From Eledone cirrhosa (Eukaryota), in assembly GCA_964016885.1 (NCBI GenBank), contig OZ024741.1, forward strand, positions 91,822,001 to 91,886,000: a stretch of DNA of 64,000 bases. Reading direction: 5' to 3'. A program made the position numbers and the translations under genes. The notes beneath the pieces were generated by a model. That model was not told the DNA's origin. It did no database searches and saw nothing but the letters and a program-made list of their open reading frames with translations. Shown one piece after another: positions 1 to 11,354 of this stretch. Within the stretch, counting starts at the first letter, position 1. Each line of letters begins with the position of its first letter.

Positions 1-283
1 TGCAACTGGAGTCTTATTTTTTTTTTAAATATATATATTTATTTGGTTCCTTTACCGGTTTCGCAGTTCTTCTGCTTTTCAAAAGGTGAGTTGAGATGGA
101 GGGTCTGTGGTTTTTCTCACATCTGGTTGGTCTCTGAATGTTACTTGTTTTATATGGAAAAAGTGGCTCGAAATGCCAGGTTTTTCGAGAAGTAATTTGA
201 TTGGGTTGTCAATAATTATAATAAATTTCGCGCCAGTTCGCGTTACAATAGTTCTTCAAATAAGAGGGGGAGGGGGGGTTTGT
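1..283 (-). repeat. Inverted pLTR copy (left arm; may extend upstream of the window)
   Basis: Near-identical reverse complement of ~3221-3498. ORFs 107..304(+) and 3189..3395(-) share the same translation. Confidence 0.95.
49..86 (-). ncRNA. Minimal type I hammerhead ribozyme, U3-A8 core variant
   Basis: Minus strand reads cctt-TTGAAAA-gcag aagaa ctgc-GAAA-ccgg-TA-aagg. Confidence 0.75.
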
Positions 284-328
284 CTAATTACTATGAAAGA
301 GTAAAAAAACTACCAGCAATCAAAAATA

Positions 329-2076
329 ATGACCAAATTAAACATAATGATTTATCGATACCAGGAAGACCTAACTAAAAAGGAACGCGATTATTTAACA
401 AATTTTGAATACAAAACCAGCAACCTTTACGGACTTCCGAAGATCCACAAGTGTAAAATAATCAACGATGCCTGTAAACAATCCACCTCAGCCTGCGTGA
501 ACACACAATACCCCACAGACCTTAAATTAAGACCAATTGTAGCGGGCCCACAATGTGAAAACACAAATTGAGTAACTTTATAGACATACTACTGAAACCA
601 ATACTGAAACACATACCAAGTCTTGTAAGAGACGATCTGGACCTCTTAAACCACCTCCCCAAACATGTCAACAACGACACTATTATTGTGTCTTTCGATA
701 TAGTGAATCTCTACACAACGATCCCACACCAATACGGACTAGAAGCAATAGGATTCTGGCTAGAGAAATATCCCAATGAGATACCTGACAGAATAGAAAA
801 AAGCTTCATCACCGAGGGATTAAAATTCATCCTACAGAACAACTTTTTTTATTTCGATGGCAATACTTACAAGCAAATATCGGGGACTGCGATGGGTACA
901 AAAGCCGCTCCAACTTATGCCAACTTAGTCATGGCATACTTAGAAGTCCAGATATATGAACAGTCCAAATCAAAATACGGATTGAACTTCCACAAATATT
1001 TATCAGAGAATTGGAAACGCTACTTGGATGATTGCCTCATTCTTTGGTCCCACACACTCGACCAACTGAAGGATTTCAAAAACTTAATAAACGGCATCAA
1101 TAACCACATCCAATTCACAATGGAATACAGCCAAGATCAACTCCCATTTCTGGACATCTTAATCTTAAAAAAAGACACAAATATCGAAACTGACATACAC
1201 TACAAACCAACAGATTCCAAACAATATCTGCTATTCACCTCCAACCATCCAAAGCACACGAAGACGAACATTCCTTTTAACCTAGCAAGAAGAATCTGCA
1301 CAATTGTCTCCAATTATGAAACGCGAAATAAAAGACTTCAAGAATTAAAGGAAATTCTACTCGAGAGAGAGTACCCACTATTACTAATAAATAATGGAAT
1401 AGAAAGGGCTAAAGCAATAGGCATTGATGAATTACGGAAACAGAAACAAAGTCAAGGTACGTCCAATATTCTATCATATATCTCAACACACAACCCAAGA
1501 AATGCGGAAGCTTACAACACTATTCACAATAACATCCCACTACTAAAACAAAACCCTAGAATGAAAAAAGCCCTTGAAACACACAAAATAATCAAAAGCA
1601 AAAGACAACCAAAATCACTGAAAACATTACTCACCAATGCCAAATTACCTACCACAAACCCACAACCAACTGTCAAAAAATGTGGTCGCTCTAATTGTGG
1701 AACCTGCACTCACCTCATTGAAGGCAACACGTATACATTTAAATCAGGACAAAATTTTACTGTAAAAAATCACTTCACTTGCTCATCAAAAAATCTAATT
1801 TATGCCATTAAATGTAAAGGATGCAATGAAGATTATATAGGACAAACTAAACTCACACTCAGAAACAGAATGACAGTTCATCGCCAACAATTACGAGATC
1901 CAACCACGAGACAGATACCACTAAGTGCATATCTAGACATTTGCGCAAGTAATAAGACACCCAAATTCCAAGTCTTCCCATTTTACCTTTGCGCTAACAA
2001 TACAACAGAACAAATGCGAATAAATAAGGAAAATATGTTTATTCAAAAATATAGACCAACATTAAATATGGTTTAA
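329..2076 (+). pseudogene. Penelope-type reverse transcriptase + GIY-YIG endonuclease, one frameshift near 565, N-terminus missing
   Basis: Motifs LYGLPKIHK, LRPIVA, SFDIVNLYTTIP, GTAMGTKAAPTYANL, KRYLDD, LPFLD; Cys linker CGRSNCGTC; LIYAIKC...YIGQT; ends RPTLN. Confidence 0.93.
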
Positions 2077-2614
2077 TATACATTATGTCAACACCATAAT
2101 ATGACATACACACACACACATAACACCTTCTACTTTAGAAAATAAAAACCCGAACTAAATAAACCTTAACATACGTTTGCACTGACAATACAACAGCAAA
2201 CACGAATAAGTAAGGAAAATATGTTCATTCAAAAATATTCCTACTAAAGGAATCACTTTCCTACACACACACACACACACACACAATATATATATATATT
2301 CTCTTCATCTTAACATGCTAACCATACTCCCACACACATAACACCCATACACACACATAACAACCCCCACACCCACAACTCCCTCCCCATTTCTACTAAT
2401 AGAACCACTTTCCTACACACATATATATACACACACACAAAATATATATTCTCTCCATCTTAACATACTCGCACACACACACATAACACCCATATACACA
2501 CACAACTCCCTCCCCCATTTCTACTAATAGAATCATCTTCCAATACACACATACACACACACACACACACATACACACACACAAGCACACAAATAAACAT
2601 ACATATATTCACTT

Positions 2615-3140
2615 CAATAGAAAATCTGAACTCTGACACCCCAGCGAACTAACCATATTCACTGAACCAGAACAATTCTCCCAATGCCATTTCTCTTGAC
2701 CACTATCTTTCCATTGTCATAACATTCGCTATAAAGACTACAGAATAGTTTTCCAAATAAGGGCGCAAAAATGTAATGAAAACTTGTTCACGTGACAGCC
2801 AAATTTCATTTATAACCAATCAAATCACGTTTATTAAAAAAAAGCCTTCGTGAGCCACCTTTTTTTAAAGTAAAGAAATTCAAACACACACACACACACG
2901 CACACAAATAAACACACATATCTTTACTTTCTTTATTCAATAGAAAATCTGAATTCTGACACCCCAGCGAACTAACCATATTCACTGAACCAGAACGATT
3001 CTCCCATCCCTTTCTCTTGACCATTATCTTTCACTTATCAAAAAATTCTCTAAAAAGGCTATAGAATGGATTTCCAAATAAGGGCATAAAAATGTAATGA
3101 AAATTTGTTCACGTGACAGCCATAATTTCATTTATAACCA
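2615..3140 (+). repeat. Diverged tandem duplication in the PLE 3' region
   Basis: ttcaatagaaaatctgaa..ctgacaccccagcgaactaacc..cacgtgacagcc occurs at ~2613-2820 and ~2935-3140. Confidence 0.8.
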
Positions 3141-3415
3141 ACCAAAAAAAAGCCTTCGTGAGCCTCCTTTTTTCAAGTAAAAAGAAATTCAAACACTCAT
3201 ATATGAAAAAAACAACCTGCGACAACCCCCTCCCTCTCTTATTTGAAGAACTATTGTAACGCGAACTGGCGCGAAATTTATTATAATTATTGACAAACCA
3301 ATCAAATTACTTCTCGAAAAACCTGGCATTTCGAGCCACTTTTTCCATATAAAACAAGTAACATTCAGAGACCAACCAGATGTGAGAAAAACCACAGACC
3401 CTCCATCTCAACTCA

Positions 3416-3450
3416 CCTTTTGAAAAGCAGAACTGCGAAACCGGTAAAGG
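3416..3450 (+). ncRNA. Minimal type I hammerhead ribozyme, U3-A8 core variant
   Basis: cctt-TTGAAAA-gcag aa ctgc-GAAA-ccgg-TA-aagg, located in the 3' pLTR. Confidence 0.72.
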
Positions 3451-3519
3451 AACCAAATAAATATATATATTTTAAAAAAAAATAAGACTCCAGTTGCATT
3501 TTCGATTTCATCTCTTTTT

Positions 3520-3624
<105 letters not shown>

Positions 3625-3628
3625 TATA

Positions 3629-3669
<41 letters not shown>

Positions 3670-3724
3670 ATGCATGTATAATTAAATGTACAGATGGGAA
3701 AATTAGCTTTTAAATCATCTTCAA

Positions 3725-3855
3725 TTCCTTACACATGTTTCAAGAGAGTTGTACATCCAATTATTCAAATAAGGTTTGGTGACAATTCGTATAATCAATA
3801 TCTATACATACTGAATATATAGGTATATTTTTGCACTTCCTCATCTTCGGAGGAA
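3725..3855 (-). ncRNA. Type I hammerhead-like motif, CCGAAGA core, long stem II insert
   Basis: Minus strand reads ttcct-CCGAAGA-(~100 nt)-GAAA-catgtg-TA-aggaa. Stem II is weak. Confidence 0.55.
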
Positions 3856-4059
3856 TAAAAAAAAAACATTAAATTGAAGCAGAATATTTCCGAAATTCAA
3901 TTCGTACCTTAGACAGGACAGGGAACCTTACACGTCGATCCATTGGCATGGTGAGTGCTTAAAATATGAAAACTAATAGTTTATTTCTATGTCGCTCTCA
4001 CAACCTCTTTTTGTTTTTGCTTTTGAATAACTTTTTTTTAACACTAGAAAAAATAGTGA

Positions 4060-4785
4060 CTTGGATTACTGGATGGGGATTCACAATGGGACATGGCACT
4101 TTCTGAGGCTTCTATAGCAGATATTACAAGTAGTCTTTACTCGCTGTTCGCTATTCTATTAAGATCCTGTGAAACTGGTGAACCAAATGGCTTATGGGTA
4201 AAGTATAAAGATGAACTGTCTGAAAACTATATGCATCTAGTACAACAGAGTTTTTCTGATATTGCTTCAGGTTAAAATATGAGATTTACAATAGTGCATT
4301 GATGAACATAGAAGACGAACTCCCGGCTATTGTGGGAGAAGTATTCAAGGATTATGGACTTCCTAAGGTTACTCATGGCAATGGAAACAGACTAACAACT
4401 GAAATGCACAGAGAAACACATGACAACATTGGTAATTTGGTAAAATATGTGAAAGAAAATGAAGAAAAGCTACCTGATCAAAGAGAAACATACGAAACAG
4501 TTATTGACACCATTAGGCACGAGAAGAGTGGAATTTATCTTTCTAGATGAACGAGAAGAAACAGGACAGACATTTATTACAAAACTACTTTTGGCAAACC
4601 ATTCTCCTCGGAAGCCGTACAGCCCATTCAAACTACCATTGGATATGTGGTCTAATGAAAATCATGTGTGTAATATCAGCAAGAATTCAGGAATAGCTGA
4701 AATTAGAAGACATGTGCAGACATGTGCAAACATTATCAGCAATTAGAGTTTGCAATTAGAGGAGCCTTGCTTCTCTCATGGACTT
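4060..4785 (+). pseudogene. Helitron Rep/PIF1 helicase remnant
   Basis: GLLDGDSQWDMALSEA..LFAILL..CE..P..LW..YKDELSE; EIYNSALMNIED; DQRETYETVI; degenerate Walker A (FLD...TGQTF); stops and frameshifts. Confidence 0.8.
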
Positions 4786-4789
4786 GGAG

Positions 4790-5340
4790 AGCATTATAGC
4801 TAAAATAAGGACAGAATGGAAAAAGGTTTAAAGAGCTACTCCCATCACTGTTGACTACAAAATGTTCTCCCTACATACAAACGGATGACAGTATGCCACC
4901 TCTGCGAAGTGCGATGCTGCATGGCAGGGAAACATGGGCATTGACTGCAGAAGACATGTGTAGACTGGAGAGAAATAAAGCAACTAAGCTTCATTGTAAG
5001 TATAATGTATATGTGAGAGAAAGGCAGAGTTTGGATGAGCTGAGGGAGAAGCTGGTTTTAAGATGAATTCGAGATGGTGTGCCGGAGAGAAGGCTGCATT
5101 GGTACGGACATGTGATGCGCATGGATGATGATTGATGGGTGAAGAAGAGCCAGGAAATACCAATAGAAAGAAACCGCAGTAAAGGTAAACGAAGAAAGAC
5201 CTGGTCAGATGTGGTGAGAGCTAATCTCAAATCGCTGAGACTCACACGACGAGTGGAGAGATGCTGTGCTGGAAAGGTTCCATCCAACCCATGCAAGCCT
5301 AGAAAAGCAAGCGTAAAAACGGGGATGATGATTATGATGA
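4790..5340 (+). mobile_element. 3' fragment of an RTE-like LINE
   Basis: RSAMLHGRETWAL..LERN; RRLHWYGHVMRM; R.KGKRRKTW..VV; ends in (GAT)n. Confidence 0.75.
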
Positions 5341-5442
5341 TCTCGCAGAATTAGTTAGGCCGGTAATGTTAAAATTAGTAATCACAATATGTATTCAGAA
5401 AATATATCTAGTTTTGATAGAAATTACATTATTGTCATTAAC

Positions 5443-5457
5443 CCGGGCAACGCCCGG
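5443..5457 (+). other. Probable Helitron 3' subterminal hairpin
   Basis: GC-rich hairpin ccgggc-aac-gcccgg downstream of the helicase remnant. The terminal CTRR is not clear. Confidence 0.45.
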
Positions 5458-5465
5458 TACTGGTG

Positions 5466-5541
<76 letters not shown>

Positions 5542-6402
5542 GTGTATACATACACACACACATACACATACATACATATACATATATATATATATATATA
5601 TTTTGGTGGGAAAGTGAATAAGTGTGTGCATGTGTGTGTGTGCATGTATATGTGTGTGTGTGTGTGTATGCTTGCGTGAACAACTTTAAATACAACCATA
5701 ATTCTTAATAGCTTAAGAGGTTTTGGGGCATGATAGGTGTACACTTGAATAACAGGTTAACTCTTTGACTTTCAATAGGAACCGGTCAATAGTATATTCT
5801 TTGTTAAGTAATTATAAATGAAACCGTTTCTTATAACGAATTAATCAGAACAAATACAATTTCCTATATTGGGCATTAGCTTTATATTATGTATTGTTAT
5901 ATTATCCAAATCAATAACAGATCAATAATAGGTTGCAGGATATTATTTCATTACAGCTTTGACTGCTGTATTGATATTTCACTCACCGACATTTCGTCTT
6001 CTTTACTTTTCTCTTTTTTATTCTTTTCTTCTTCGTCTCTTTTTGATACCGTTTTCAAAGGAAACGTCAAGTGCAATGATTGTAAACTTGTTAATAAAAC
6101 CACTTCAATTACTATTGAGTTCCTTTTTATTTTCAAGTGTTTTCTTTTGCCCTTTTATTTTTTACTGGTTTTTGTCATTCGACTGCGGTTATACTGGGGC
6201 CTCACCTTCAAAGGAGTTCAGTCGAGTTTATTTACTGAAGGTGCTACTCAGTGGAACTGAATCTAAAACTACGTGGTTGCGGAGCAAACTCCTAAACCAC
6301 ATGGTCACGCCTGTTTAAACAGAAGAAATATCGAGACTTAAAATTAATCAACATCTCGTAAAAATATTTTTCAGAATAAAGAGCAGTAAAGTATCTACGC
6401 CA

Positions 6403-6494
6403 GAGAAGAAGAAGAAGAAGAAGAAGAAGAAGAAGAAGAAGAAGAAGAAGAAGAAGAAGAAGAAGAAGAAGAAGAAGAAGAAGAAGAAGAAGAA
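6403..6494 (+). repeat. (GAA)n microsatellite, about 30 units
   Basis: Direct reading. Confidence 0.97.
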
Positions 6495-6868
6495 CCCTTA
6501 ACTCCTGATTGAGTCGTAGAGGCACCATCTTCACATAGTGTAGCTTGGACATTTTAAATGAGGCGGAGCCCATCTCTCTCCAGGAACACAGCACATCTCT
6601 TACAGTGGAAGAAAGAAAGATAGAGGAACAAAATGAATCGACCTAATACAAGATGGTAGTTTATTTGTCGACCTCAAAAAGGATAAAATGTAATGTTGGT
6701 CTCAGCCTGGTTTGAAGTCAGGGCACAGTGAGCCAATAACATTAACGAGGTATCTTCTATCCGACGCAACTCTGCCAATTCGCCTCTTTTGCTAAGACTA
6801 AGATACATATTAAAAGTCAGATCATAGCAATAGTATATATTTGTATTGTTGTTGGTGCTAAAAAGGGT

Positions 6869-6948
<80 letters not shown>

Positions 6949-7184
6949 ACACACACACACACATTGATAACTGGACCGATGTAATAGCGTTGAATACTCA
7001 AATTGGCAAACCATCAGTAAATGAACGTTACCAGACAATTATACATATAAAAGTCGATCGACAAGGTCCTAGACCTCATTCGCTTAATGAGTGGGGTGGA
7101 GCTCGTTAAATCGGACCGACGAATCAATGTTTCCATCGGTTTTTCGAATTGCTAATTCTATCTATCGGTCACAATTTCAGGCAG

Positions 7185-7292
7185 AAGTGGCAACGTGAAA
7201 TAAAGTGACTTTCTCAAGAACATAACACATCGCCCGGTTCGGGAATCAAACTCACAACCTCACGATTGCGAATCCAATTCCCTAACCACCCA
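7185..7292 (-). mobile_element. tRNA-derived SINE head
   Basis: Minus strand gtggttagg..gagtttgattccc (A/B-box-like) followed by cttgag..cactttatttcacgttgc; related to copies at ~22770, ~23100, ~51200 and ~60210. Confidence 0.65.
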
Positions 7293-7339
7293 CCCACATT
7301 TCCCCCCTCATCGAATCTAATGGCTGTGTCTTTCATGTT

Positions 7340-7615
7340 AGGAATTTTTCCAGTGGCGTCATGTATGTGAAATCATATATATTGATCAGATTGGCCGTCG
7401 ACTCTCCCACAGATTCGGCGAACATCTGTAGCACATCTGGGTCTGCAACCCGTCCTCGTTGGCATGACATTTCCGCACTACCCGTCATTCCACATGTCAC
7501 CTTATTGTATTCGGGTTCACTTCCTGTATGCACCGGACACCCAGACACGCGCCACCAGAAGTAACTGAGGCTTATTTTTTTTTTCTAAATACATTTACAC
7601 CCTATGACTTTAATG
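7340..7615 (+). pseudogene. Degraded GIY-YIG endonuclease of a Penelope-like element
   Basis: CEIIYIDQIGRRLSHRFGEHL, ..HF..H.., IFFLNTFTPYDFN. Confidence 0.65.
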
Positions 7616-8172
7616 CCCCCCCCCCCCCTCCTATTCCTCTAATCTGCTCTCCACGCCCCATCCAGTATCTTCTCTCATCCACATGCATGGAAGTACTCAC
7701 ACACACTTAGATACGTACGACAACACTAAACTTTAACACACTTACGAATGAACAAACACGAAGAAACGCACACATAGATACACATACACACAGACATCAG
7801 CATATATACACACACATTTCTCACTTATAGTGTTGTTACTATGATAATTTAACTGAATTTTCGTTTAATTCTACTTCAGCTGACCACCTTAAAGTTGAAT
7901 TTTGTTTTGTTTTTTTTAAATTATCGGATACATTATGAACAGATACATTTTTGTCAATAATAATTTCTTTTCTATTTGATAAATACACAGGCAAACCACA
8001 CTCATACACAATGTTAATACAATAAGACACACTTAGACATCATCGTACACAATATAGCGACCATTCCACCTATAAAAACGGTCATACACACAAACGAATT
8101 AAAAGCAACACAATCACTGCTCCCACCCCCCACCCCCCTTCTTTTCTATCTTTCAATTTCTAATCTATCAAC

Positions 8173-8208
8173 GCTCCTGGCGAAGGACTAACATCCGATA
8201 CGTTGAAC
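8173..8208 (+). ncRNA. Degenerate hammerhead motif (same family as 54151)
   Basis: gctc-CTGGCGA-a-gga ctaaca tcc-GATA-cg-TT-gaac; two core mutations. Confidence 0.5.
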
Positions 8209-8271
8209 TTCTTTTCCCCTTTTTACCCAAAAAGTTAACCTAATAACACTAATTGTTTTTGAATTTCTGTT

Positions 8272-9242
8272 TGTTACATAATTATTGGAAATCTCAAAAT
8301 GCGGACGAAACCATGGTAGAGGTTTTTAAATGTATTCTATTTTCTCGTAGTTTATTTTACACCTAATTCTGTTTAATTGACTGTATATCTGGGCGATTAC
8401 GTTGTCGAAATATTCGATAAATATTCCGTTGCGGCCGACGCGAAGGGCTAGTTTCGGTTATTTGTTGGAGATTTCTTCATAGAAGCCTTATTCTTATAGC
8501 CTGGTCTATTCGATTTTTTATATAGTTAATTATGCTAATTGGGAGAGGAAATGGGATATATTTATTTGGTGATTCTATAGACATGTTTTATGATATATAG
8601 TTCTGATTATTTAATTTATTAAATTTTCATTGAGCCACAAAGTGACCCGTTGCAAAACACGTATATGTATGTATATATATATATATATATATATGTAAAC
8701 TTTTATATGTAATAATCTCCCATTAGGTTGAGATACAAATTTGGCTGTATTGTGCTGTGCTTTCTAGCAAAAAAGCCACTAGCCGTAAGCAACTACCACA
8801 CCCCTTCCAACCTGACCGCTGCTACGTCACGATTCTTAGCCATTTTGAAAGAATTCTTGGCGCGATCACTTTGGAAAATTTAGTGTCTGGATCAGAGTAA
8901 ATCTCCTGAAGAGTCCGATGGTCGAGTTACATAATTATTGGAAATCTCAAAATGCGGACGAAACCATGGTAGAGGTATTTAAATGTATTCTATTTTCTCG
9001 TAGTTTATTTTACACATAATTCTGTTTAATTGACTGTATCTGGGCGATTACGCTGTCGAAATATTCGATAAATATTCCGTTGCGGCCGACGCGAAGGGCT
9101 AGTTTCGGTTATTTATTGGAGATTTCTTCATAGAAGCCTTATTCTTATAGCCTGGTCTATTCGATTTTTTATATAGTTAATTATGCTAATTGGGAGAGGA
9201 ATTGGGATATATTTTATCTGGTGATTCTTTAGACATGTTTTA

Positions 9243-9248
<6 letters not shown>
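8272..9248 (+). mobile_element. Non-autonomous PLE-like unit with ~325-bp direct repeats (8272-8598, 8926-9248)
   Basis: Near-identical repeats; the second copy completes a hammerhead. Confidence 0.8.
8899..8978 (+). ncRNA. Type I hammerhead ribozyme, canonical core, ~37-nt loop 2
   Basis: ctc-CTGAAGA-gtccg..cggac-GAAA-ccatgg-TA-gag. Confidence 0.85.
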
Positions 9249-9281
<33 letters not shown>

Positions 9282-9583
9282 CATAAGGAGAAAAAGACGA
9301 TTATTAGGAAGAAAAACTTTTTTTTTTTTTTCTGGGTTAAAAAATATTTCTGGGTTAAAAAATATTTTACACACACACCACACATTTCCTGGAAGTACTC
9401 AAACTGAACGGATACACGACATCCACCACAAACCGTGCCAGAAAGAACAGAGGACACCACACCCGAGGCACTAACACTTGCTTCCTGAAGCTCCCACACT
9501 TCAGTGAAGAAACAACAACAGCCATCCGCAGAGCCATCAGACGAGAAGGTCTGGATATTCAACTGGCCCATTCGGGTCCTTCT

Positions 9584-9946
9584 TTGCGTGGACGGCTAGC
9601 TAAGAGACACTCCACCAGACTGGCCAACTGCCCCATCAACGACACAGACCTATGCCACCAGGCTTACGTAGTTTACAGACTAGAGTGTGACAAATGCAAC
9701 AACTTCTACGTAGGTAGCACCACCAGACCACTCCACATAAGAATAAAAGAACACCTCAATACTAACGCTTCCTCATTTAAGAAACACCTAGTTAAATGCA
9801 AAAACACTGATAAAAACATAACAGTTAGGATAGAAACTAAAGAAAGAAACCTCGGCAATCTTAGAATCAAGGAAGCACTCATTATAGATAGAACACATCC
9901 ACCAATCAATAATAGACTAGAGCTCAACACCCAATTTATAACCTGA
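9584..9946 (+). pseudogene. GIY-YIG endonuclease, 3' end of a truncated Penelope-like element
   Basis: VVYRLECDKCNNFYVGSTTRPLHIRIKEH...IKEALII...PPINNR. Confidence 0.88.
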
Positions 9947-10326
9947 TAGGGCCTCTAGCCCCACTTTACGCACCCCACACACACGCACGCGCACACCTCC
10001 ACTTATTCTCTCTCACACATACACACACAAAACCAGTTCTAACACTAGATAACACCTACCCCTCACTTTTACGATTAGACCTATCTTCCCACACTCACAC
10101 ACACACACCCACATACCGACACCTTCATGCTTTCTCCCACACACATATACAGGCACGCATATAAAATTTAAAAAACACAACAAAAACATAAACAAACCCC
10201 TCTTAAAGGGAGACTACTCTTTACCCACCTAATTTTAATTCTTTGATATTAAAGTTAGAACTCTATACTATTTCCGGTCAGCATGGCTTCATTGGAAATT
10301 TAAGACGCTGGTCTGAGACTTTTACT

Positions 10327-10364
10327 TCCCTCCGAAGAAGAGATATTATCTCGAAAATTAAGGA
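10327..10364 (+). ncRNA. Minimal hammerhead-like motif, CCGAAGA core, in the pLTR after the GIY-YIG
   Basis: cct-CCGAAGA-a-gagat att atctc-GAAA-at-TA-agg. Confidence 0.6.
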
Positions 10365-10522
10365 CATTTAAATAAATTCAAGGTGAAAGACGAATTCTCA
10401 TCAATATCTCTCACTATTGCATTCTTTTTTCTATGTCCATATCTGCATTGTCTTGGCCTTATTACACATATTCTAACGTTTATACCTAATTACACAATGC
10501 TTCAAGTGAACTATAACCTCCT

Positions 10523-10566
<44 letters not shown>

Positions 10567-10688
10567 GGAGGTGAGTTTTATTGTAGTACAATAAAGCAAT
10601 GCAGATTCGGATAAGTAGCACTCTACAGTTTGTAGGACTGGAGTATAAATTATATATAAGATCAAAAGATGGTTAAAAGAGTTCCATG

Positions 10689-10759
10689 TATTTTATTGTG
10701 CGCATTTCAAAAACAAATATCATCATGCGATAACATTTGCGTTTTCGTCAGATAAAATA
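10689..10759 (-). ncRNA. Type I hammerhead (U16.1C variant)
   Basis: tattttat-CTGACGA-long stem II-GAAA-tgcgca-CA-ataaaata. Confidence 0.7.
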
Positions 10760-10882
10760 GGGAGACATGATATGAAGGTTAAAAAACACTTGTGAATAGT
10801 GCAGTTTTAAATCAACATATGGATATGTTGATATAAAACTGCACTATTCACAAGTGTGTTTAACCTTCATATCATGTCTCCC

Positions 10883-10953
10883 TATTTTATCTGACGAAAA
10901 CGCAAATGTTATCGCATGATGATATTTGTTTTTGAAATGCGCACAATAAAATA
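10883..10953 (+). ncRNA. Type I hammerhead (U16.1C variant)
   Basis: Same motif on the plus strand, 8-bp stem I. Confidence 0.7.
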
Positions 10954-11020
10954 CATGGAACTCTTTTAACCATCTTTTGATCTTATATATTATATATATA
11001 TATATGTGTATGTGTATACA

Positions 11021-11099
<79 letters not shown>

Positions 11100-11110
11100 A
11101 TGTGTATATA

Positions 11111-11160
<50 letters not shown>

Positions 11161-11217
11161 CACATATATATATATATATAATATATAAGATCAAAAGATG
11201 GTTAAAAGAGTTCCATG

Positions 11218-11288
11218 TATTTTATTATGCGCATTTCAAAAACAAATATCATCATGCGATAACATTTGCGTTTTCGTCAGATAAAATA
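11218..11288 (-). ncRNA. Type I hammerhead, intact core and AUA cleavage triplet
   Basis: tattttat-CTGACGA-aaacgcaaatgttatc gcat gatgatatttgttttt-GAAA-tgcgca-TA-ataaaata. Confidence 0.85.
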
Positions 11289-11354
11289 GGGAGACATGAT
11301 ATGAAGGTTAAAAAACACTTGTGAATAGTGCAGTTTTAAATAAACATATGGATC

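Larger units (their letters stand above)
1..3498 (+). mobile_element. Penelope-like retroelement (Neptune-like), 5'-truncated, flanked by inverted pseudo-LTR copies
   Basis: RT + GIY-YIG ORF at 329-2076. Bases 1-~283 are the reverse complement of ~3221-3498. A hammerhead motif lies in both repeats. Confidence 0.92.
10651..11352. repeat. Three ~170-bp copies in > < > arrangement (fold-back palindrome plus a third copy), each with a hammerhead
   Basis: 10651-10820 and 10823-10992 are inverted about ~10821; the third copy is 11180-11352, after a (TA)n tract. Confidence 0.92.

Noticed and set aside
107-304. 65-aa ORF duplicated at 3189-3395
   Set aside because: It is just the inverted pLTR; no coding evidence
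5889-6318. Hydrophobic ORFs (also 48928-49389 and 61536-62009) as membrane proteins
   Set aside because: T-rich composition explains them; no recognisable domain or exon structure
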